Shown here one piece after another: positions 57,971 to 64,000 of a DNA stretch of 64,000 nt (its first letter is position 1; every line of letters starts with the position of its first letter). The notes beneath the pieces are model-generated. The model ran no database searches. It was not told the DNA's origin and saw only the letters and a program-made list of their open reading frames with translations. Source of the DNA: Candidatus Limnocylindria bacterium. Lineage in GTDB: Bacteria; Chloroflexota; Limnocylindria; QHBO01. A program made the position numbers and the translations under genes. The stretch is from contig DATBIK010000007.1 of NCBI GenBank assembly GCA_036556985.1, positions 4,000 to 67,999 on the forward strand, in the 5' to 3' direction.

Positions 57971-58858
57971 TCAGCCGGCAACCGAGATGAGCACGTTTCC
58001 CGCCTTCCGGCCCTTCTCGACATACGAGTGCGCTTCCCGAATCTGATCGAGAGCATACCGTCGGTCGATGACGGCGCGGATTCGTCTGGCGGCCAGGAGC
58101 TTCCTGACCTCGATGAGGTCGGATGGACTCTCCGTGGTCGATGAGCGCACCGAGACGAACGAGCCGCCTTCGGCGAGGATGCGCTTGAAGGATCCGGTCG
58201 AGCCCGCGCCAACGGCGTCGAACACGAGGTCGTATCGGCGCTCACCCTTGGTGACGTCCTCCACGGTGTAGTCGATCACCTCCGCGGCGCCGAGCGACCT
58301 CACGAGCTCGGCGTTCCGCCCACTCGACACACCGGTCACATGAGCGCCGTAGTGCGCGGCGATCTGAACGCCGTACGAGCCGACGCTGCCGGACGCGCCG
58401 ATGACGAGCACGCGCTTGCCGCTGGCCAGCCCGCCGCGTCGGAGGAACTGCAGGGCGGTGGTGGCGCCGATCGGGACTGGCGCGGCGTCCTCGAACGGCA
58501 CGTGCGGGGGAATCGTCGCCAGCATGCCGGCGGCCGGCACGCAGATGTACTCGGCGTACGACCCGGTCGGCAGTCCGGTAGTGGTGCCGAAGACGCGGTC
58601 ACCCACCGAGACCTCGGTGACCTCCGATCCGATGGCCTCGATCTCGCCAGCGAACTCGTGGCCCAGCATCGCCTTGCGCTTCTGCCCGAACAGGCGCGCC
58701 AGGAGGAACGGGATCTTGCGCAGCACGACGTCACCTCGCGTCACGCTCGTCGCATGGATGCGGACCAAAACCTCGCTCGGCTTGGGCACGGGCTGTGGAA
58801 TGTCGGCGAGGACCAGGCCCGCGACCGAGCCGGTCTTCTTGAACAGGACGGCCTTCAT
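57971..58858 (-). CDS. NADPH:quinone oxidoreductase / zinc-type MDR-family alcohol dehydrogenase
   Basis: GHEFAGEIEAIG, Rossmann VLVIGASGSVGSYGVQIA. Confidence 0.85.
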   Translation of the reverse strand: MKAVLFKKTGSVAGLVLADIPQPVPKPSEVLVRIHATSVTRGDVVLRKIPFLLARLFGQKRKAMLGHEFAGEIEAIGSEVTEVSVGDRVFGTTTGLPTGSYAEYICVPAAGMLATIPPHVPFEDAAPVPIGATTALQFLRRGGLASGKRVLVIGASGSVGSYGVQIAAHYGAHVTGVSSGRNAELVRSLGAAEVIDYTVEDVTKGERRYDLVFDAVGAGSTGSFKRILAEGGSFVSVRSSTTESPSDLIEVRKLLAARRIRAVIDRRYALDQIREAHSYVEKGRKAGNVLISVAG

Positions 58859-58867
58859 CGGAGTGCC

Positions 58868-60133
58868 CTAGTAGCCCGTCGCTGTATAGCGGACGCCTCC
58901 GAACGAGTTGGCGCCCGGCGCGAGCGAACGGGCGGCAGCGGCATCGTCCTTCAGCTCCGCCAGCAGGAATGCGGTGGCGTAGTGGCGCACGAGGGCGTGG
59001 GCCTGGGCGCGTTCCCACGCCGGATCGGCGCAGAACGGCTCGCGCAGCATGGTCAGGATCCTGCGGCTCGTGTCGCAGGGGCCGGTGAAGACCATGTGCT
59101 CGGCATCCTCCAGGCCGATCTCCACCTTCCGGGGGCTGGACGCGGCCTCGTACGCCAGCTGCGTGCCCCAGGCGTACGGCGAGTCGACGTCGGCCGTGCC
59201 GCCGATGGCCATGACCGGGACCTCGACCTTGGCCATGCCGGCCTCGCCGAACATCACCGCGTCGCCCGCCAGCGCGATGGCCGCATCCACCCGGACATCG
59301 CCCCATGTCGGCCACAGGCCATCCGGCATCGATCCCAGATCGGCCGCATCGGCCATATCGTCGACGTGCAGCGCCAGGGCGTCGCACTGAAATCCGATCG
59401 GGTCGTCGGGCGAGGCCGCCTCGCAGATCTCGCGCAGCCGAGTGGTGTCGAGGCGCGCCCCCGCGGCGGCGAGGGCGGTGTAGCCGCCGTAGGAGTGGCC
59501 GACGACGGCCACGCGGCTGGCGTCCACCAGGTCGCTCCATTCGCCGCTGCTGACCTCGCGCTCCGCATGATCGAGCGCAGCGACGATGTCCCGCGGCCGG
59601 TCGACGGTGGCCTGCCACAGCGCCGACGGGTCGAGTTCTTCGGCGTGCTCCACCGCGAGGACCACGAACCCGTGCGACGCCAGATGCTCGGCCAGCCAGG
59701 CGTACGTTTCAGCGCCAAAGGCGAATCCGGGTGAGAAGACCACCAGCGGAAACGGTCCGGCGGCATGGTCGGCCTTCGCCTCCCGCGTGCCGATCCCAGC
59801 GTAGGTGGCCAGGGTGAACGGGGCGTCACCGAACGCCTTCAGCCCATAGGTGTAGGCGACGTGGCCGGAGCCTGTTTGACCCTCGGCTGGGTACCACAGA
59901 ACGCCCTCCATCGGTGTGGGGTCGCCAACGGAGACGGAGTGAAGGCCGACGGCATGCGGGCCGAACGCGCCGTAGGGTGATCCGAACTCGCCATAGACGG
60001 CGGACGCAACGCTGCTACTCGTCCATCCGAGCGCGAATCCGCCGAGCCGCAAGGCCACCGCGGACAGCACGACGATAACGAGCAGCACGCCGACGACGGC
60101 GGTTCTGAGGAGTCTCAGCCATCCGCGAGCCAA
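58868..60133 (-). CDS. membrane-anchored alpha/beta hydrolase (PAF-acetylhydrolase / lipase-like)
   Basis: N-terminal TM; GHSYGG nucleophile elbow; overall PAF-AH-like lipase architecture. Confidence 0.7.
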   Translation of the reverse strand: MARGWLRLLRTAVVGVLLVIVVLSAVALRLGGFALGWTSSSVASAVYGEFGSPYGAFGPHAVGLHSVSVGDPTPMEGVLWYPAEGQTGSGHVAYTYGLKAFGDAPFTLATYAGIGTREAKADHAAGPFPLVVFSPGFAFGAETYAWLAEHLASHGFVVLAVEHAEELDPSALWQATVDRPRDIVAALDHAEREVSSGEWSDLVDASRVAVVGHSYGGYTALAAAGARLDTTRLREICEAASPDDPIGFQCDALALHVDDMADAADLGSMPDGLWPTWGDVRVDAAIALAGDAVMFGEAGMAKVEVPVMAIGGTADVDSPYAWGTQLAYEAASSPRKVEIGLEDAEHMVFTGPCDTSRRILTMLREPFCADPAWERAQAHALVRHYATAFLLAELKDDAAAARSLAPGANSFGGVRYTATGY

Positions 60134-60137
60134 CGGG

Positions 60138-60308
60138 TCACTCCGGCGGCGCGCTCGACCGGCGCGTCCGCGCCCGGAGATCGAAGGCGATGCCGACGAC
60201 GAGTCCCAGGATCAGTCCGACCACCGGGTTCCCGAAACCGATGCCCACAACGAGGCCGAGGACCGTGCCGATCAGAGTCGACAGGCCGATGTTCGTCACC
60301 CACTGCAC
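60138..60308 (-). CDS. small membrane protein (GlsB/YeaQ/YmgE transglycosylase-associated family-like), 56 aa
   Basis: AAGGAGG RBS 6 nt before GTG; VQWVTNIGLSTLIGTVLGLVVGIGFGNPVVGLILGLVVGIAF Gly-zipper pattern; too short for the ORF table. Confidence 0.45.
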   Translation of the reverse strand: MQWVTNIGLSTLIGTVLGLVVGIGFGNPVVGLILGLVVGIAFDLRARTRRSSAPPE

Positions 60309-60326
60309 AGGCGTTCCTCCTTTCGC

Positions 60327-60479
60327 CTAGATCGACGAGAGAAGCGTCAGCCCGAAGGCCAGGAGGGCGAACCCGCCGAAGATGCAGAGCATCCCGATCC
60401 CCAGGCCGACGGGTGATGCCCACCCGTGCCATTGCTGCTGGAGCCGGGTGTTCTCCTCCCGTCCAGTTCGCTCGTTCAT
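60327..60479 (-). CDS. possible small membrane protein (50 aa)
   Basis: MNERTGREENTRLQQQWHGWASPVGLGIGMLCIFGGFALLAFGLTLLSSI; GAAGGA ~9 nt upstream. Confidence 0.3.
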   Translation of the reverse strand: MNERTGREENTRLQQQWHGWASPVGLGIGMLCIFGGFALLAFGLTLLSSI

Positions 60480-60576
60480 GGTCGAAGTGTCCTTCTGTGA
60501 TGTGACGTCCAATCGATTCGATACCCGCTGTGCCATTACCCGCTCCTTCTGCGTCTTGCTGGTCGTTCTGCCCCCC

Positions 60577-61551
60577 TCAGACGCTGAGCACGACGCTGCC
60601 CTGCTTTCCTCCGCCTTCCACGTAGCGGTGCGCGTCCACCGACGCATCGAGCTCGAAGCGTTTCCCGATGACTGGCCTGATGGCGCCGGACTCGAGGAGA
60701 CCCATGAGGAAGCCGAGATCCTTCGATTTCTCAGCTGGCTTGCGGAGGCCGGTGAACATCAGGGTCGCCCGCTTGGATCCGACGCGAGACGTCCACAGCA
60801 TCTGCGCCAGTACGCCGAGCGAAGGGACCGTGCGCAGGTAACGACCTCCGGGATTCAGCGAGCCTCGGCAACGACCGTACGACGAGTTGCCGACCACGTC
60901 GAAGACGATGTCGTAGAACTGTCCGGTCGTGGTGAAGTCCGTGGTGCGGTAGTCGATCACCTCGTCGGCACCCAGCGACTGCACCAGCTCGGCGCTCCCG
61001 GCACTGCACACGCCGATCACATGGGCGCCGAAGTGCTTGGCCAGCTGAACGGCTGCGGACCCGACGCCTCCGGAGGCGCCGTTGATCAGCACTCGCTCGC
61101 CCGCTGCGATTCGTCCGGCATTGCGGAGGAATGGGAGGGCGGTCAACCCGCCCTCGCAGACCACGGCCGCGTCCTCGAAGCTCGCGCCATCGGGGATTCG
61201 CGCCAGGGCGCCGTCCTGCTCGAGCACTGCGTACTCGGCATTGGCTCCGAGGCTGACGCCCGTGCTGCCGACCACGCGGTCGCCGGGCGCGAACCGGCTC
61301 ACACCCGGTCCGACGGCGGCTACCTCACCGGCCAGCTCGCTGCCGGGCGTCGTCGGCTTGCGTGGCCTGCGCAGGCCGGAAACGAGACGCGCGAAGAACG
61401 GTTCACCCTTGCGCATCGCCATCTCGGCGGTCGATACCGTCGTGGCGTGGACGCGGACGAGCAGCTGGCCCTCCGCGGGCGCCGGGGTCTCGACGTCCTC
61501 CACCCGGAGCACCTCAGGCCCGCCGTACCGGCGGAAGCGCACGGCCCGCAT
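60577..61551 (-). CDS. NADPH:quinone oxidoreductase / MDR family (paralog of 57971-58858)
   Basis: MRAVRFRRYGGPEVL..., GASGGVGSAAVQLAK Rossmann; start taken at MRAVRF. Confidence 0.8.
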   Translation of the reverse strand: MRAVRFRRYGGPEVLRVEDVETPAPAEGQLLVRVHATTVSTAEMAMRKGEPFFARLVSGLRRPRKPTTPGSELAGEVAAVGPGVSRFAPGDRVVGSTGVSLGANAEYAVLEQDGALARIPDGASFEDAAVVCEGGLTALPFLRNAGRIAAGERVLINGASGGVGSAAVQLAKHFGAHVIGVCSAGSAELVQSLGADEVIDYRTTDFTTTGQFYDIVFDVVGNSSYGRCRGSLNPGGRYLRTVPSLGVLAQMLWTSRVGSKRATLMFTGLRKPAEKSKDLGFLMGLLESGAIRPVIGKRFELDASVDAHRYVEGGGKQGSVVLSV

Positions 61552-62306
61552 CAGACCGCTCCTGTCGCGGGCGCCGTCAGTGTCGGCGCGACGGCGCGAT
61601 CCCGCCAGCGCTCGGCGTTCACACCCTTGATCAGCAGCCACAGGGTGAGCGGGAGCTCACCGATGAGGGCGGCAACGATCACGACCATCGCCATCGTCTC
61701 GGTCAGGTCGGGAACGACGAAGACGGCGAAGCTGTTCGCCAGGTAGCCGAGTCCAGAGACGACGAGCAGCACGCCGAGGAAGCGGGGCAGGAAGCCGGAC
61801 CGGTAGACCAGGTAGCCGAGTGCGAACAGGTGCAGCGCGAAGAACACCAGCCCCAGCTCGTAGCCGAAGCTCTGCGCGCGCAGGAACACGAAGGCCAGCG
61901 TCTCGACCTGGCCGGCGCCGAACGCCGCGGCGTACTCGGGGGCCGTCAGCAGCTGCAGACCGGTGTACATGTTGAGCAAGTTGAGGCCGAGAATCGTGGC
62001 CTGCGCCAGCCGGGCAAAGGACATCACCAACGCCAGCGGCCGGCTGACGGGCGCCAGCAGCACGTACAGGATCGCCGCCTGGGCGACCTCGATCACGAAC
62101 ACGATGAGGTCGGTGAAGAAGCCAGCCCGGAAGAGGCCCTCCGACTCGCGAATGTTCGCTGCGGTCGTGGTTGCGTCGCCGGCCACGATCAGCCCTTCGC
62201 GCACGAAGAACTCGGCGAAGGGCGCCATGACGAAGATGACGAGGTAGAGCAGGCCGGCGATCCTGGCGAGAGCCATGGGGGACATGCCGGCGGATCGGTC
62301 TTGCAT
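61551..62306 (-). CDS. DUF4386-like integral membrane protein
   Basis: GLLYLVIFVMAPFAEFFVREGLIV... multi-TM pattern of DUF4386. Confidence 0.55.
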   Translation of the reverse strand: MQDRSAGMSPMALARIAGLLYLVIFVMAPFAEFFVREGLIVAGDATTTAANIRESEGLFRAGFFTDLIVFVIEVAQAAILYVLLAPVSRPLALVMSFARLAQATILGLNLLNMYTGLQLLTAPEYAAAFGAGQVETLAFVFLRAQSFGYELGLVFFALHLFALGYLVYRSGFLPRFLGVLLVVSGLGYLANSFAVFVVPDLTETMAMVVIVAALIGELPLTLWLLIKGVNAERWRDRAVAPTLTAPATGAV

Positions 62307-62339
62307 CGGAATCTCCTCTACGCGATGTATGGCGATGGC

Positions 62340-62984
62340 TCAGCGGAAGCTGAACGGGGGATAGCGATCGGTGACGAGCAGGAAGGCGTACGCCATGACG
62401 CGCCATGTCCAGCGGCCCACGCCAACGACGAAGTCGAACAGTCCGCGCGGGTAGCGACCGGTGACGAGGATCGCGAACCACGCGATCACCACCGCCACGA
62501 TGGCCGCGAGCCACATGGCGACGAGAACGAAGTAGTGGGGCAGGACCAACAGCCACTTGATGAGCGGTAGCCAGCGGTTGAGGTCGGGCTCGACGTCGGG
62601 GTAGTCGACCTCGAGGTGGACGGCCTGCTCGTCGATGGTGGACGGATAGCGATCCGTCAGCAGCGTCAGGTAGGCGCCGATGCGCGCGCCGAAGCGCGCG
62701 AGCTCGCGGGCGAAGTCGAACCACCAGCGCGGATAGCGCTGGCGGACGACGATCATCAGTGCCGTGGCCGCCCATAGGCCAGCGGCGATGCCGCCGCCGG
62801 TGCTGACGATCTCCTCGCCAGCCTCGGTGACGACGGTCTCGTTGCCGGTGGCGGTGAGCAGGCTGTAGACGATCGCGATCGGGATGATCCAGATCAGGCG
62901 GAGGGCCGTCGTCAGCCGGTCGAGCCGGTCAGGGTAGTCGACCGCAAGGCGCGCGGCATAGGGTTCGGGTGGGCGGGGAGTCAC
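62340..62984 (-). CDS. DUF4389-like membrane protein
   Basis: Repeated RYPRWWFDF / RYPRGLFDF motifs flanking TM helices. Confidence 0.55.
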   Translation of the reverse strand: MTPRPPEPYAARLAVDYPDRLDRLTTALRLIWIIPIAIVYSLLTATGNETVVTEAGEEIVSTGGGIAAGLWAATALMIVVRQRYPRWWFDFARELARFGARIGAYLTLLTDRYPSTIDEQAVHLEVDYPDVEPDLNRWLPLIKWLLVLPHYFVLVAMWLAAIVAVVIAWFAILVTGRYPRGLFDFVVGVGRWTWRVMAYAFLLVTDRYPPFSFR

Positions 62985-63060
62985 GGGGATCCTTCCTTCG
63001 GTGCTCGGGGAGCCGAGGCAGGCGATAATCGGAGAGGCCGCTCTTGCCTCATCACAACTA

Positions 63061-63091
63061 TTGTCCTATGACAACGTTGCTATGAAGCAAC
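63061..63091. promoter_or_regulatory. overlapping inverted repeats TTGTCctatGACAA and GTTGCtatgaaGCAAC in an AT-rich divergent promoter (candidate MarR operator)
   Basis: Read directly between the DUF4389 gene (-) and the MarR gene (+). Confidence 0.4.
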
Positions 63092-63101
63092 TATACAGGT
63101 A

Positions 63102-63617
63102 GTGTCAACACCACACGACGAGAGGGTGCAAGTGAGCAGGGAGCAGGTTGTCGACTGGCTGGAAGGCATCGTCTTCGGTGGTGTGGCGATCACGACCGCC
63201 GCGCTCGAGTACGCGACCGATGGTCAGGAGCTGACGTTCACCCAGTGGCGGGCAATCCTGTTCGTGGGCGAGGATGCGGGCGGCTGCCGGGTGGGTGAGG
63301 TCGCCACCCTGCTGCACGCCTCACTGCCGACCACCAGTCGCCTCCTGCGTCGGCTCGAGCGTCGCGGCCTGTTGGCCCTCAAGCGCGACGAGCAGGATCG
63401 GCGCGCGACGCGGGCGCGTCTCACCGAGGCGGGCGCGGCCCTCCGGTCGGCGGTGCTTGCCTATCGCCGGGACCGGATCGCGGCCATCGTCGACCAGGCG
63501 AACCCGCCGGCTTCGGCCCATCGTGCGCTGCGCAACCTGGCCATGCGGTTCGATGCGCGCGGACACGACGCATCAGCGCCCGCTCGGGCGGCGAGCGCTG
63601 AGGAAACCGGCGAGTGA
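63102..63617 (+). CDS. MarR-family transcriptional regulator
   Basis: Winged HTH VGEVATLLHASLPTTSRLLRRLERRGLLALKRDEQDRRATRARLTEAG; alternative GTG start at 63132 with GAGAGGG RBS. Confidence 0.8.
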   Translation: MSTPHDERVQVSREQVVDWLEGIVFGGVAITTAALEYATDGQELTFTQWRAILFVGEDAGGCRVGEVATLLHASLPTTSRLLRRLERRGLLALKRDEQDRRATRARLTEAGAALRSAVLAYRRDRIAAIVDQANPPASAHRALRNLAMRFDARGHDASAPARAASAEETGE

Positions 63618-64000
63618 CCGTCGACAGCGTGCTCTTCATCGCCATCGCGGAGATCGCGGGAGTGTTCGTCGGATTCGGCGCCTTGATCAGCGTCACCCGG
63701 CGGGCCGATGTCGAGCCCGCGCAACTCGGTGCCATCCGCGCGGTCGTCACCGCCGGCCTGACCGTGGTCGTCGCCGCTCTGATCCCCGTGGCCATGGCCA
63801 GCTACGGAGTGGAGGGCCGGACCCTGTGGTTCTTCTCGAGCCTGGCGTTCCTGCTGCTGAGCTGGGCAGTCATCGGCCTGTCGCTGCGATCCGCGTCGAA
63901 CCGGCAGCTGCTGGGAAGCCTCGCCAAGGATGCGCCGGTGTCCAGCCTGTTCTTCTGGCTCGCGCTCGAGCTTCCGATCCAGGTTCCTCTGATCCTTGCG
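63614..64000 (+). CDS. integral membrane protein, 5' part (continues past window end)
   Basis: GTGA overlap with the MarR stop; consecutive TM helices (VLFIAIAEIAGVFVGFGALI...). Confidence 0.5.
   Translation, partial: MTVDSVLFIAIAEIAGVFVGFGALISVTRRADVEPAQLGAIRAVVTAGLTVVVAALIPVAMASYGVEGRTLWFFSSLAFLLLSWAVIGLSLRSASNRQLLGSLAKDAPVSSLFFWLALELPIQVPLILA

Noticed and set aside
57845-58144. 99-aa ORF starting inside tRNA-Glu
   Set aside because: Overlaps the tRNA and its terminator. Low-complexity translation. No RBS.
60115-60432. 105-aa Arg-rich minus-strand ORF from the table
   Set aside because: It is out of frame relative to the small RBS-preceded Gly-zipper membrane ORF that better explains this region.

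Overview
High-GC (~70%) chromosomal window, very likely from an Actinobacterium (F420-type luciferase-like oxidoreductases including an Fgd-like protein, DUF2277, PT-rich linkers, GTGA/ATGA translational coupling everywhere). It looks like ordinary core/accessory metabolism, not a mobile island. I saw no transposase, integrase, CRISPR array or rRNA. One tRNA-Glu(CUC) sits at 57779-57855.

Gene content, left to right:
- 3' end of an M15-type D,D-carboxypeptidase.
- An OmpR/HK two-component pair.
- A four-subunit 2-oxoacid:ferredoxin oxidoreductase operon (delta-alpha-beta-gamma). Its beta subunit carries an unusual ~220-aa C-terminal extension with two tandem helical repeats.
- DapA-family lyase, adenosine deaminase, a secreted Pro/Thr-rich protein, a GGDEF-EAL protein, a 7Fe ferredoxin.
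- A beta-oxidation/butyrate-type block: three crotonases (one with a C-terminal zinc ribbon), 3-hydroxyacyl-CoA dehydrogenase, HAD hydrolase, thiolase, acyl-CoA dehydrogenase, acetoacetyl-CoA synthetase.
- Two polyamine-type ABC loci. One has a PuuR-like HTH-cupin regulator, an FAD oxidase and a GlcG-like gene but no ATPase. The other is a complete potA-D-B-C set with a class-III aminotransferase.
- A second OmpR/HK pair, an aldehyde dehydrogenase, an LLM oxidoreductase/flavin reductase pair separated by two unknown small ORFs.
- An orphan membrane GAF histidine kinase next to a large FG-GAP-like secreted protein.
- DUF1015, hydrolases, two MDR quinone reductases.
- A MarR-controlled DUF4389/DUF4386 module.

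The most system-like unexplained locus is 34268-39897. A perfect 22-bp palindrome lies in a divergent promoter. It is followed by an operon of a core-only, partly degenerate CpaF/VirB11-like P-loop protein translationally coupled to a Mg-chelatase ChlI-like AAA+ ATPase, then a DUF1232 membrane protein, a PAT-like GNAT, and a 678-aa VWA protein.
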